40,969 bases of DNA, taken from NCBI GenBank assembly GCA_030824725.1, contig JAPJRE010000001.1, forward strand, positions 1 to 40,969. Direction: 5' to 3'. This stretch comes from Sphingomonas sp. (GTDB lineage: Bacteria > Pseudomonadota > Alphaproteobacteria > Sphingomonadales > Sphingomonadaceae). Position numbers and translations under genes: made by a program. Below the pieces are notes generated by a model, which was not told where the DNA came from, ran no database searches, and worked only from the letters and a program-made list of their open reading frames with translations. Shown here piece after piece: positions 9,723 through 19,125 of this stretch. Within the stretch, counting starts at the first letter, position 1. The number at the start of each line of letters is the position of its first letter.

Positions 9723-10342
9723 CTGGCGCCTATCTGTGTTGCGACCACGATGCCCGAGTCCGGCTGCGTGATGCTGGGTTCCACGTGAAACCGACCTTGC
9801 CATTTCGCGCGCGCGGCATCCACCTCCGATTGCGCACTCCGTCCCTTGGGCAGCAACCAGACTGTGGACGACTCGGTGCAGTGCACTGTGGATAACATCA
9901 GCGCGGACAATTCGGCGACCGCTCGGGCGGATACCACGGCCACGGGCCGATCCGGACGATAAGATTCCACCTTGCTGCCGATCACCGTCACGCGATCGCC
10001 GATGCCGAGCCGGTCGGCGGCATCGCGGAGGAACTGGACACGCTTGGTGCGCGGCTCGACCAGCACCACCTGGCGATCGGTGAGCAGCGCCACCACGATG
10101 CCGGGCAGCCCCGCGCCGCTGCCGACATCGAGCCATGGCCCCTCCCCGGCCGCTTCCGCCAGCGGCACCAGCTGGGCGGAGTCGGTGAGATGGCGGCCCC
10201 AGAGGCTGTCCAGGGTCGAGCGGGCGATCAGATTCTGGTGCTCCGCCTCTGCGACGAGGATGTCGCCGAACTTGGCAACCAGTGTTTCACGTGAAACACC
10301 GAAGCGATCCCGCACCCAGCTTCTGGCCTCGTCTTCGGTCAT
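9719..10342 (-). CDS. rsmG: 16S rRNA m7G527 methyltransferase RsmG (GidB)
   Basis: NLIA...[23 protein letters not shown] and LPKG; located between mnmG and parA. Confidence 0.95.
   Translation of the reverse strand: MTEDEARSWVRDRFGVSRETLVAKFGDILVAEAEHQNLIARSTLDSLWGRHLTDSAQLVPLAEAAGEGPWLDVGSGAGLPGIVVALLTDRQVVLVEPRTKRVQFLRDAADRLGIGDRVTVIGSKVESYRPDRPVAVVSARAVAELSALMLSTVHCTESSTVWLLPKGRSAQSEVDAARAKWQGRFHVEPSITQPDSGIVVATQIGAR
9777..9792. promoter_or_regulatory. parS site (degenerate) in the 3' end of rsmG
   Basis: GGTTCCACGTGAAACC. Confidence 0.75.
9863..9895 (-). promoter_or_regulatory. Two DnaA boxes inside rsmG
   Basis: TGTGGATAA at 9887-9895 is a perfect TTATCCACA on the minus strand; TGTGGACGA at 9863-9871 is identical to the oriC box at 19020-19028. 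Confidence 0.55.
10283..10298. promoter_or_regulatory. parS site (perfect consensus) in the 5' end of rsmG
   Basis: TGTTTCACGTGAAACA, extending to an 18-bp palindrome at 10282-10299. Confidence 0.95.
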
Positions 10343-12174
10343 GCCACGGCCTTTCGCGCGTGCAGGAGAATGGCGGAAAGTGCGGCGGGGGTGATGCCGC
10401 GGATGCGCGCCGCGGCACCCAGAGTCTCCGGCGCGGCGACGGTGAGGCGCTCGACCATCTCGTTCGACAAACCGGGGATCGCCGCATAGTCCATATCGAC
10501 CCGCAGCCGCACGGCATCGTTGGCGCGCAGCTGCGCGACCTCGGCATCCTGCCGCTCAAGATACGGTGCATAGCGCGCGTCCTCGACATATTCGGCGAGC
10601 AAGGCAGCATCCGTTTCGGGGACCGAATCCAGCACATGCTCAAGCGCGACGCCGGGAAAGCGCAGCCACTCCCGCGCCGGCCGCTTTGCGCCGTCCTGCG
10701 CCACGGGCGCGCCGCGCGTGGCAAGTTGATGCGCGGTGCGCTCGACGGCGAAGATCGCGTCGAGCTTCTCCCTGCCTTCCCGGCTACGGTCGAGCCGATC
10801 CTGCCGGTCGGAACCGAGAAGCCCCAGCGCCTCGCCGATCGGCCCCAGCCGTGTCTCGGCATTGTCCGCGCGCAGGCGAAGCCGAAACTCGGCACGGGCG
10901 GTGAGCATGCGATAGGGTTCGGTCACCCCCTGCAGCACCAGGTCGTCGATCATCACGCCGAGATAGGAGGTCGCACGATCGAGCACCAAGGGCGCGACAC
11001 CCAGCGCCAGTGCCGCCGCATTGGCGCCGGCGGCGAGCCCCTGCCCGCCTGCTTCCTCATAGCCGGTCGTGCCGTTGATCTGACCGGCGAAAAACAGGCC
11101 GGGGATCTGCGGCAGCGCCAGCGTGGATTCCAGCGCGCGCGGATCGATATAATCATATTCGACCGCATAGCCGGGCACGGTGATGACCGCCTGCTCCAGC
11201 CCCGGAATCGAGGCGATCATTGCCGCCTGCACGTCGACCGGCAGCGATGTGGAAAGCCCGTTGGGGTAGATCCAGTGATGATCAAGCGCCTCGGGCTCGA
11301 GGAACACCTGGTGCCCGTCGCGATCGCCGAAGCGATGCACCTTGTCCTCGATCGACGGGCAATAGCGCGGGCCCTGCGCCTCGATCGCACCGGTGAACAG
11401 CGGCGAGCGATCGAGCCCGCTGCGGATCGCGTCATGCGTCGCCTGGGTGGTGCGGGTGACGGCGCAGTGGAGCTGCGGCAGCGGGCGCGTCGCGTTCATC
11501 GGCGACATCGTCCAGGGCTCGGCATCGGAGGCCTGCTCTTCGGTGCGCGCCCAATCGATCGTGCGGCCGTCTAGCCGCGGCGGCGTGCCGGTCTTGAGCC
11601 GGCCCATCGGCAGCGCCAACTCGCGTAGCTGCGGAGCGAGGCGGAGCGCGGATGCCTCCCCTACCCGGCCGCCTTCGAACCGCTCCTCCCCGCGGAACAG
11701 CCGGCCGCCGAGAAAGGTGCCGGTGGCGAGCACGACGGCGGGGGCGGTGAGACTGGTGCCGTCGCGAAGCTGGACGCCGGCGATCCTTCCGCCTTCCAGC
11801 ACCAGTGCCTCCGCCTCACCCTCGACGAGCGTCAGATGGTCCTGTGCACGCAACATTGCCTGGATCGCGGCGGCGTAGCGCGTGCGATCCGCCTGCACGC
11901 GCGGCCCTTGCACTGCGGTGCCCTTGGAGCGGTTGAGCATGCGGTAATGGATGCCGGCGGCGTCTGCCGCGCGTGCCATCAGCCCGTCGAGCGCGTCGAT
12001 CTCGCGGACGAGATGGCCCTTGCCGAGGCCGCCGATCGCCGGATTGCACGACATCGCGCCGAGCTTTTCCAGATCGAAGCTGAGCAGCGCGGTCCGGGCA
12101 CCGCGGCGCGCGGCCGCAGCCGCTGCCTCGGTACCGGCATGGCCGCCGCCGATCACGATCACGTCGAATTGCAT
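10339..12174 (-). CDS. mnmG: tRNA uridine 5-carboxymethylaminomethyl modification enzyme MnmG (GidA)
   Basis: [40 protein letters not shown] and [12 protein letters not shown]; start trimmed to ATG 12174. Confidence 0.97.
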   Translation of the reverse strand: MQFDVIVIGGGHAGTEAAAAAARRGARTALLSFDLEKLGAMSCNPAIGGLGKGHLVREIDALDGLMARAADAAGIHYRMLNRSKGTAVQGPRVQADRTRYAAAIQAMLRAQDHLTLVEGEAEALVLEGGRIAGVQLRDGTSLTAPAVVLATGTFLGGRLFRGEERFEGGRVGEASALRLAPQLRELALPMGRLKTGTPPRLDGRTIDWARTEEQASDAEPWTMSPMNATRPLPQLHCAVTRTTQATHDAIRSGLDRSPLFTGAIEAQGPRYCPSIEDKVHRFGDRDGHQVFLEPEALDHHWIYPNGLSTSLPVDVQAAMIASIPGLEQAVITVPGYAVEYDYIDPRALESTLALPQIPGLFFAGQINGTTGYEEAGGQGLAAGANAAALALGVAPLVLDRATSYLGVMIDDLVLQGVTEPYRMLTARAEFRLRLRADNAETRLGPIGEALGLLGSDRQDRLDRSREGREKLDAIFAVERTAHQLATRGAPVAQDGAKRPAREWLRFPGVALEHVLDSVPETDAALLAEYVEDARYAPYLERQDAEVAQLRANDAVRLRVDMDYAAIPGLSNEMVERLTVAAPETLGAAARIRGITPAALSAILLHARKAVA

Positions 12175-12236
12175 GGCACCGCTAAACGCCTTCGGCGCGC
12201 GCTTGTCCAGAGGGGTGCGGCGGAACGCTCCATCCG

Positions 12237-12252
12237 TGTTCCACGTGGAACA
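12237..12252. promoter_or_regulatory. parS site (symmetric variant) between mnmE and mnmG
   Basis: TGTTCCACGTGGAACA, a perfect palindrome extending to 18 bp (12236-12253). Confidence 0.88.
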
Positions 12253-12254
12253 CA

Positions 12255-13538
12255 TTATTTACCGATGCAGAACTTTCCGAACAGCGCATCGAGTACATCC
12301 TCGACACCAGCGCGTCCGGTAATCGCATCGAGCGCACGGCGGGCGGCGCGGAGCTCCTCGGCGAACAGCAGCGGGTCGTCGAGCAGCGACGCTCGCGCCA
12401 GCGCATCGGCAGCCGCGTTGCACCAGCTGCGTTGGCGAGCATTGAGCGCGACGAGATCGGGCGGTGGCAGCAGCTCGGACGCGGCGTCCGCCATGCGTCG
12501 CCAGAGCGTGTCGAGGCCTCTGCCCTCGCGCACCGACACGACCAGCTGGTCGGACTGCGCGGGCACGCGGCCCTCGGCATCGGCGCGGGCATGGACCCAC
12601 AAGGCGCAGGCGTGCGGCGGTGGCGGATCGTCGCCCAGCCACAGCAACAGATCGGCTTCGGCCAGCGCATCGCGGGCGCGTGCCACACCGATGGCTTCGA
12701 TCGGATCGTTGGTTTCCTCTGCGAGCCCGGCGGTGTCGATCAGCAGCCAGGCGATGCCTTCGCGGACCACGGGTATTTCGATGCGGTCGCGCGTCGTGCC
12801 GGCGATGGGCGACACGATCGCGGCGTCGCGCTCGGCCAGCGCGTTGAACAGGGTCGACTTGCCGGCATTGGGCGGGCCGCCCAGCGCGACGCGTAACCCG
12901 TCCCGCAGCCGCTCCACCGGCGGCCGCGCGGCCACCGCCGCGATGTCGGCACCCAGCGCCGCCGCGCCCGAGCGCAGCGCCGGCAGCGGGTCGGCGCCGG
13001 CGACATCGTCCTCGTCGCCATGATCGAGCTCGGCTTCGATGCGCGCGGCGAGCCCGAGCAGCCGGGTCGTCCAGTCCTCGGCGTGGCGCCGCACCGCCCC
13101 GCCCGCGCTGCGGATCGCGGCGCGGCGCTGCGCCTCGGTCTCGGCCATCAGCAGATCGCCCAGCCCCTCCGCCTCGCTCAGGTCCAGCCGGCCGTGGAGC
13201 AGCGCCCGCCGCGTGAACTCCCCTGCCTCGGCTGCGCGAAGTTCGGGAAGTTCTTCGAGCGCCGCCTCCACCGCGCGCACCACGGCGCGGCCACCATGCA
13301 GGTGCAGCTCGGCAAGATCCTCGCCGGTTGCCGATCGCGGCCCCGGGAAGCATAGCACCAATGCCTGGTCGAGCGGCTCGCCGGCCGCATTACGCAAGGT
13401 GCGCAGCACAGCATGCCGCGGTGCGGGGACGTTGCCCGCGAGCTGCTGCACCGCAGCGAAGGCCCGGGCACCGCTGATGCGCAGCACCGCGATCGCCGCG
13501 GGCGGCGCGCCACTCGAAACCGCGAAAATCGTGTCCAT
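12255..13538 (-). CDS. mnmE: tRNA modification GTPase MnmE (TrmE)
   Basis: [36 protein letters not shown] and C-terminal FCIGK. Confidence 0.97.
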   Translation of the reverse strand: MDTIFAVSSGAPPAAIAVLRISGARAFAAVQQLAGNVPAPRHAVLRTLRNAAGEPLDQALVLCFPGPRSATGEDLAELHLHGGRAVVRAVEAALEELPELRAAEAGEFTRRALLHGRLDLSEAEGLGDLLMAETEAQRRAAIRSAGGAVRRHAEDWTTRLLGLAARIEAELDHGDEDDVAGADPLPALRSGAAALGADIAAVAARPPVERLRDGLRVALGGPPNAGKSTLFNALAERDAAIVSPIAGTTRDRIEIPVVREGIAWLLIDTAGLAEETNDPIEAIGVARARDALAEADLLLWLGDDPPPPHACALWVHARADAEGRVPAQSDQLVVSVREGRGLDTLWRRMADAASELLPPPDLVALNARQRSWCNAAADALARASLLDDPLLFAEELRAARRALDAITGRAGVEDVLDALFGKFCIGK

Positions 13539-13549
13539 GCGGGCCGTGG

Positions 13550-13786
13550 TCAGCTCCCCGGCTTCTTGGTCGCAGCGTCGAACATGCCGCGCCAGAAGTT
13601 CATCCCCGCCTCGCCCATCGGCGCCCAGCTGCGCATCATCTGCTCGAAGCCTTCGGGCGTGCCGTGATTCTCGATCGCCTTCACCATCAGTTGCACATAG
13701 CGATCATGCACCGGGGTAAGGTCGGGCAGTCCCATGGCGCGGCGCGCTTCTTCCGGCGTGCACTCGACTTCGACGTTGATCTTCAT
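13550..13786 (-). CDS. Small conserved protein, DUF6489-like
   Basis: MKINVEVECTPEEARRAMGLPD matches the recalled family signature; GAAGGG upstream; 11 bp before mnmE. Confidence 0.75.
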   Translation of the reverse strand: MKINVEVECTPEEARRAMGLPDLTPVHDRYVQLMVKAIENHGTPEGFEQMMRSWAPMGEAGMNFWRGMFDAATKKPGS

Positions 13787-13838
13787 GTGAACCCTTCCGC
13801 GCTTGAGCGCATCCCCGGCCGCCTGCTAGGCCATGGCC

Positions 13839-14318
13839 ATGTATGCGCGCGACCATGCCCTGATCGCAACGCCCATCGGCCCGATCCGGATCGAAGGCAA
13901 GGAGGGGTATCTGGAGCGCATCGCCATTGGCGCGGAGGGACCGACCTGCCATGGCAGTGTGCCCGCCGTCCGCACGGCGGCAGAGCAGCTCGAACAATGG
14001 TTCGCCGGCGAACGTCGCGATTTCGAAATAGCCCTGGCCCCGGCATGTTCCGCGCGGGGCGCATGCCTGCGGGAGGGGCTGATCGCTGTGCCGTTCGGAC
14101 AGACCATCAGCTATGGCGAACTTTCACGCGCGCTGGGTTCAAGCGCCCGTGCGATCGGTCAGCTATGCGCCCGCAATCCGTTTCCGCTCGTCGTGCCCTG
14201 CCACCGCGTGTTGAACCAGGGCGGCGGTCTCGGCGCCTATTCGGCCGGGCAAGGGCCGGTCACCAAATCCTGGCTGCTCGATCATGAGCGGCGCCTAACC
14301 GGAGACTATCTGCTATGA
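13839..14318 (+). CDS. ogt: Methylated-DNA-protein-cysteine methyltransferase
   Basis: VPFGQTISYGEL, RAIG and NPFPLVVPCHRV active site; start is 13833 or 13839. Confidence 0.92.
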   Translation: MYARDHALIATPIGPIRIEGKEGYLERIAIGAEGPTCHGSVPAVRTAAEQLEQWFAGERRDFEIALAPACSARGACLREGLIAVPFGQTISYGELSRALGSSARAIGQLCARNPFPLVVPCHRVLNQGGGLGAYSAGQGPVTKSWLLDHERRLTGDYLL

Positions 14319-15010
14319 GCACTCTGACGATCGACGCCCTGGACGAAACCGGCAGCTTCTCCGCCTATGTCGCGCGTCCCGAGAGAACTCCGCGCGCCGC
14401 GATCATCGTGATTCAGGAAATCTTCGGCGTCAACGCCGGCATCCGCCAGAAGTGCGAGGACTTCGCGCAAGCGGGCTATCTGGCGATCGCACCGGATCTG
14501 TTCTGGCGCCTTGAGCCCGGTATCGAGCTCGACGCCGATGTGCCGGAGCAATTCCAGCAGGCGCTCGACCTGTTCGGCAAGTTCGACCAGGACAAGGGCA
14601 TCGCCGACATCGAATCGACCATCCAGGTCGCGCGTGCTGAGCTCGGCGGCGGCAAGGTCGGCGCGGTGGGCTTCTGCCTTGGCGGCCGCCTCGCCTATAT
14701 GACCGCGGCACGAACCGACATCGATGCGAGCGTCGGCTATTATGCGGTGGGGATCGACGGGCTGCTCGACGAGAAGCACGCCATCGCCAAGCCACTGATG
14801 CTGCATATCCCGGTCGCCGACCATTTCGTTTCGCCTGAGGTACAGGCGAAGATGCACGAGGGTTTGGACGATCACCCCAAGGTCACGCTGTTCGACTATC
14901 CGGGCGAGGATCATGGCTTCGCCGCCGAGCTCGGCAAGCGCCGGTCGGAAGAGGCCGCGCAGCTCGCCGACAAGCGCACTGCGGAGTTCTTCGCCGCCAA
15001 CCTGGGCTGA
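14315..15010 (+). CDS. Dienelactone hydrolase family protein
   Basis: IQEIFGVN, GFCLGG, YPGEDHGF. Confidence 0.92.
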   Translation: MSTLTIDALDETGSFSAYVARPERTPRAAIIVIQEIFGVNAGIRQKCEDFAQAGYLAIAPDLFWRLEPGIELDADVPEQFQQALDLFGKFDQDKGIADIESTIQVARAELGGGKVGAVGFCLGGRLAYMTAARTDIDASVGYYAVGIDGLLDEKHAIAKPLMLHIPVADHFVSPEVQAKMHEGLDDHPKVTLFDYPGEDHGFAAELGKRRSEEAAQLADKRTAEFFAANLG

Positions 15011-15015
15011 GGCCT

Positions 15016-15055
15016 TGCCCACCCCTCCCTGCCGCGCAGGGAGGGGTCTTGGGCA
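15016..15055. repeat. REP-like GC-rich palindrome between convergent genes (possible bidirectional terminator)
   Basis: ACCCCTCCCTGC-cgc-GCAGGGAGGGGT (15021-15047) with outer TGCCC/GGGCA. Confidence 0.65.
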
Positions 15056-15775
15056 TCAGAATAAGCTGGTGATGCCCGCGGTGCCAGGCGTGCCCACCCA
15101 GCCTTCGTAGATCATCTTGCACGCGACGAAGACGATCACCGCCAGGCCGAAATAGGCGATCCAGCGGTGACGATCGATCAGCTTGGCGATCAAATTCGCC
15201 GCCAGCCCCATCAGCGCAACCGACAGCAGCAGACCGACGACCAGAATGCCCGGATGCTCGCGCGCGGCGCCGGCGACCGCCAGCACGTTGTCGAGGCTCA
15301 TCGAGACGTCCGCGACCGCAACCGCCCAGGCAGCCCCGGCAAAGCTGCGCGCCGAACGCACGCCCGAATGCTCGTCGCCCTCAATCTCCTCCGATCCGGC
15401 GCTCTCGCCGCCATGGCGAATCTCGCGCCAGAACTTCCAGCTGACCCAGAGCAGCAGCAGGCCGCCCGCGAAGATCAGCCCGACGATGCCCATGAGCCAG
15501 CTGACGATCAGCGCGAAAGCGATGCGCAGCACCAGCGCCGCGCCGATGCCGATCAGGATCACCTTCTTGCGCTGGTCCGCCGGCAGCCCCGCCGCCAGCG
15601 CGCCGACGACAATGGCATTGTCGCCCGCCAGCACCAGGTCGATCATGAGCACCGAGCCAAAGGCGGCGAGTGCCGCCGGATCGCCGAGGTTGGAGAAATC
15701 GGCGACGATATGCTGCCAGATATCGAGCGGAGAGCCGATACCGCCCGCGGCGGCGCTGAGAAGAAGATCGATCAT
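15056..15775 (-). CDS. TerC/YjbE family membrane protein
   Basis: IDLVLAGDNAIVVG, LRI and ADVSMSLDNVLAVAG. Confidence 0.9.
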   Translation of the reverse strand: MIDLLLSAAAGGIGSPLDIWQHIVADFSNLGDPAALAAFGSVLMIDLVLAGDNAIVVGALAAGLPADQRKKVILIGIGAALVLRIAFALIVSWLMGIVGLIFAGGLLLLWVSWKFWREIRHGGESAGSEEIEGDEHSGVRSARSFAGAAWAVAVADVSMSLDNVLAVAGAAREHPGILVVGLLLSVALMGLAANLIAKLIDRHRWIAYFGLAVIVFVACKMIYEGWVGTPGTAGITSLF

Positions 15776-15854
15776 GCCAAAAACCCTAGCGCCCTGATCG
15801 GCGTACGCAACGCCTACGCATGCCCGAGCCGAGACGTTCCATTGCCCCTAACGC

Positions 15855-15881
15855 AAAAAGGCCGGGCAGCACGGCCCGGCC
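15855..15881 (-). terminator. Intrinsic terminator after rho
   Basis: Minus strand GGCCGGGC-cgtgct-GCCCGGCC-TTTTT. Confidence 0.75.
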
Positions 15882-15911
15882 CCTCCGAAATAGCGGACGG
15901 AAACCCGTGCG

Positions 15912-17168
15912 TTACTGATTCATGCTGTCGAAGAAGTCCTCGTTGGTCTTCGAGTCCTTCATCTTGTCGAGCAGGAATTCCATCGCGTCGATCGTGCCCA
16001 TCTGCATCAGGATGCGGCGCAGCACCCACATCTTGGTGAGCTTGGCCTTCTCGACCAGCAGCTCTTCCTTGCGGGTGCCCGACTTGCCGACGTCGAGCGC
16101 CGGGAAGATGCGCTTGTCCGCCACCTTGCGGTCGAGGACGATTTCCGAGTTGCCGGTGCCCTTGAACTCTTCGAAGATCACTTCGTCCATGCGGCTGCCG
16201 GTATCGATCAGCGCGGTGGCGATGATCGAAAGCGAACCGCCTTCCTCGATGTTGCGGGCAGCACCGAAGAAGCGCTTCGGACGCTGCAGTGCGTTGGCGT
16301 CGACACCGCCGGTCAGCACCTTGCCCGAGCTCGGCACCACGGTGTTGTAGGCGCGACCGAGGCGGGTGATCGAGTCGAGCAGGATCACCACGTCCTTCTT
16401 GTGCTCGACCAGGCGCTTGGCCTTTTCGATCACCATTTCGGCGACCTGCACGTGGCGCGTGGCCGGCTCGTCGAAGGTCGAGCTGATCACTTCGCCCTTC
16501 ACCGAACGCTGCATGTCGGTGACTTCTTCCGGACGCTCGTCGATGAGCAGCACGATGAGGAAGACTTCGGGATGGTTGTCGGTGATCGCCTTGGCGATGT
16601 TCTGCAGCAGCACCGTCTTACCGACGCGCGGCGGCGCGACGATCAGCGCGCGCTGGCCCTTGCCCTGCGGTGCGACGATGTCGATCACGCGGGCCGACTT
16701 GTCCTTGACCGTCGGGTCGAGCGTGTCGAGGCGCAGCTTCTGCTCGGGATAGAGCGGGGTCAGATTGTCGAAGTTGACGCGGTGGCGCACCGCATCCGGA
16801 TCGTCGAAATTGACCTTCACCAGCTTGGTGAGCGCGAAATAGCGTTCGCCGTCCTTGGGGCCACGGATCTCGCCTTCGACCGTGTCGCCGGTGCGTAGGC
16901 CGAACTTCCGAACCTGATTGGGGCTCACATAGATGTCGTCGGGGCCGGCGAGGTAGTTCGCCTCGGGCGAGCGCAGGAAGCCGAAGCCGTCGGGCAGCAC
17001 TTCAATCGTGCCTTCGCCCATGATCTGGTCGCCCTGTTCGGCCTGGGCCTTGAGGATGGCGAAGAGCAGGTCCTGCTTGCGCAGCGTCGACGCGCTCTCG
17101 ACGCCCAGTGCCTCGGCCATGGTGACCAACTCGGCGGGGGCGGTTTTCTTGAGGTCCTTGAGATGCAT
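15912..17168 (-). CDS. rho: Transcription termination factor Rho
   Basis: [39 protein letters not shown] and FEEFKGTGN; 418 aa. Confidence 0.98.
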   Translation of the reverse strand: MHLKDLKKTAPAELVTMAEALGVESASTLRKQDLLFAILKAQAEQGDQIMGEGTIEVLPDGFGFLRSPEANYLAGPDDIYVSPNQVRKFGLRTGDTVEGEIRGPKDGERYFALTKLVKVNFDDPDAVRHRVNFDNLTPLYPEQKLRLDTLDPTVKDKSARVIDIVAPQGKGQRALIVAPPRVGKTVLLQNIAKAITDNHPEVFLIVLLIDERPEEVTDMQRSVKGEVISSTFDEPATRHVQVAEMVIEKAKRLVEHKKDVVILLDSITRLGRAYNTVVPSSGKVLTGGVDANALQRPKRFFGAARNIEEGGSLSIIATALIDTGSRMDEVIFEEFKGTGNSEIVLDRKVADKRIFPALDVGKSGTRKEELLVEKAKLTKMWVLRRILMQMGTIDAMEFLLDKMKDSKTNEDFFDSMNQ

Positions 17169-17270
17169 GGAAGGTCCGGAAATTCTAGGGGAGAGCGTCG
17201 ATCGGCGATGTGTACGCGCAGGAGTCGATGCTTGGAGGAAGGATGCACCGGGGTTCGGTACACGCTTACA

Positions 17271-17299
17271 AAATTAGGTAGCGGCTTCCCCCAAGTCAA
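17271..17299 (-). promoter_or_regulatory. Sigma70-type promoter of rho
   Basis: TTGACT (17299-17294), 17-nt spacer, TAATTT (17276-17271). Confidence 0.7.
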
Positions 17300-17337
17300 C
17301 TGCGATTCGGCGCAGATTTACCTCACCGAATCGCAGT
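17299..17337. repeat. 12-bp perfect inverted repeat between hemJ and the rho promoter
   Basis: ACTGCGATTCGG-N15-CCGAATCGCAGT; each arm contains a GANTC. Confidence 0.7.
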
Positions 17338-17342
17338 GATTC

Positions 17343-17795
17343 TCAGAAGGGTTTAACCTCGGCGAGAATGACGATGAGCACCAGCGCCAGCGCCGGTACC
17401 TCGTTGAGGAATCGCAGCGTCCGCGTGGCGATCGGCGCTTCACCCCGGGCTAGCTTCTTCCCATAGCCCACCGCCCAGCCATGATAGCCGCTGAGCAGCA
17501 CGACGAGCAGCAGCTTGGCGTGGAGCCAGCCGATTCCCGCCTGGCCGTCGAACAGCCCGATATTGGCGGAGAGCGCCAGCCCCAGCACCCAGACGATCAG
17601 CAGCGAAGGCGTCAGGATCATCCGCTTGAGCAGCGCCTCGCGCTTCGCCCAGGCCGCCGCCTCGGGCGTGCCGAGCGCGTCCTGGTGGTGGATCAGGTAG
17701 CGCGGAAACAGGAACAGTCCCGCCATCCAGAATATCACGAAGATGACGTGGAACGCCTTCACCCAGAGATAGGCACTGCCCAGCCAGCCGATCAT
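17343..17795 (-). CDS. hemJ: Protoporphyrinogen oxidase HemJ
   Basis: YLWVKAFHVIFVIFWMAGLFLFPRYLIHH, WLHAKL, RFLNEVP and C-terminal KPF; ATGA overlap with hemE. Confidence 0.92.
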   Translation of the reverse strand: MIGWLGSAYLWVKAFHVIFVIFWMAGLFLFPRYLIHHQDALGTPEAAAWAKREALLKRMILTPSLLIVWVLGLALSANIGLFDGQAGIGWLHAKLLLVVLLSGYHGWAVGYGKKLARGEAPIATRTLRFLNEVPALALVLIVILAEVKPF

Positions 17796-18823
17796 GCTGC
17801 CGTCCTCCGCACGCGGGCCAGCAGCTGCTCGACATGCGCGATCGGCGTGTCGGGCAGGATGCCATGGCCCAGGTTGAATACATGCGGTCGCTCCGGAAAC
17901 GCCGCGAGTATCCGGTAGACGGCGCTGTCCAGCACCGCGCCGCCGGTGATCAGCGCCAGCGGATCGAGATTGCCCTGCACCGGCAGCCCGTCCGGCAGCA
18001 CCGCGTTCGCCCATGCAGGGTCGACCGTCTCGTCGAGTCCGATCGCATCGACACCCGTTTCGCGGGCATAGGCGGCGAGCTTGCCCCCTGCCCCTTTCGG
18101 GAATCCAATCACGGGCACCAGATCCCGAACGGCGGCCACGATCCGCGCATTAGGGGCGATCACCCAGCGTTCGAACTGGGCGGGGCTGAGGCTGCCGGCC
18201 CAGCTGTCGAACAGCTGCACCGCCTCCACGCCCGCCTCGGCCTGGGCGCGCAGATAGGCGATGGTCTGGTCGGCGATGCGATCGACCAGCGCCTGCATCA
18301 GGCCCTCGTCGCGATAGGCAAGGCGCCGTGCCTCGGCCTGTTCGCGGCTGCCCTGCCCGGCGATCATGTACGTCGCCACGGTCCAGGGAGAGCCCGCAAA
18401 GCCCAGGAAGGTGGTCGAGGGGTCCAGTGCCGCCTTCACCCGGCGAATCGTGCCGTAGATGGGCTCCAGGACGCTGGAATCGGCATCGAAGCCGTCGAGG
18501 ACGTCCCGGGCGGTCACCGTCGGGGCGAGTCTCGGGCCTTCGCCGGTCTCGAACCACAGCTTCTGGCCGAGCGCCATCGGCACCACGAGGATGTCGGAAA
18601 AGAGGATCGCGCCGTCCATGCCGAAGCGGCGGATCGGCTGCAGCGTGATTTCGGCCGCCGCGTCGGAATCCATCGCGAGCGCGAGGAATCCCCCCTTCTC
18701 GGCACGGAGCGCACGATATTCGGGCAGGTATCGGCCGGCCTGGCGCATGAGCCAGACGGGCGGAACGGGCTGGCGAGTCCCTCGAAGGGTCGCGAGCAGC
18801 GGCTTGGATGCGCGAAGAGTCAG
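17792..18823 (-). CDS. hemE: Uroporphyrinogen decarboxylase (start uncertain; CTG at 18823 proposed)
   Basis: PVWLMRQAGRYLPEYR, AILFSDIL, GFAGSPWTVATY, QLFDSWAG and VFNLGHGI. Confidence 0.93.
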   Translation of the reverse strand: MTLRASKPLLATLRGTRQPVPPVWLMRQAGRYLPEYRALRAEKGGFLALAMDSDAAAEITLQPIRRFGMDGAILFSDILVVPMALGQKLWFETGEGPRLAPTVTARDVLDGFDADSSVLEPIYGTIRRVKAALDPSTTFLGFAGSPWTVATYMIAGQGSREQAEARRLAYRDEGLMQALVDRIADQTIAYLRAQAEAGVEAVQLFDSWAGSLSPAQFERWVIAPNARIVAAVRDLVPVIGFPKGAGGKLAAYARETGVDAIGLDETVDPAWANAVLPDGLPVQGNLDPLALITGGAVLDSAVYRILAAFPERPHVFNLGHGILPDTPIAHVEQLLARVRRTAA

Positions 18824-19125
18824 AGCCGGGATCCCACTACTAGAAGATTCGATTCTCAGGATGTTGGAGTCTGTTGGCCGGTGAAAGCCGGGGCTTATGG
18901 CGATGTGAGTCAGTTGCCAACAATTTGACTCCTGCCGCCATGCGGAATCGCACGGATTCGGAAAATCTGTCCACAAGACTCACAGGCTGTGCATGGAAAG
19001 CACAAGCTGGGGATGCGGCTGTGGACGAATCACCAGCTGAATCCCGGAATCGGGCGGGTTGGCCGGATGCCGCGGTTACGCTACCGCTTGTTCGCCATGT
19101 TATGCACAGATCGGTCCCCAGCCTG
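18824..19125. other. Chromosomal replication origin (oriC)
   Basis: The hemE/DUF299 intergenic position is typical of Alphaproteobacteria. DnaA-box-like 9-mers: CTGTCCACA 18967-18975, TGTGCATGG 18988-18996, TGGGGATGC 19008-19016, TGTGGACGA 19020-19028, TTATGCACA 19100-19108, CGGTCCCCA 19112-19120. Dense GANTC sites; flanking operons point away on both sides; parABS nearby. Confidence 0.85.

Noticed and set aside
18834..18846. Possible DnaA-trio run (CAC TAC TAG AAG; TAG TAG on the minus strand)
   Set aside because: Too short and not adjacent to a clear DnaA box; cannot be supported without alignment
18874..19125. 84-aa N-terminal extension of the DUF299 protein
   Set aside because: It runs through oriC; family-like sequence starts at MRLHLHLLSDSTGET (19126)
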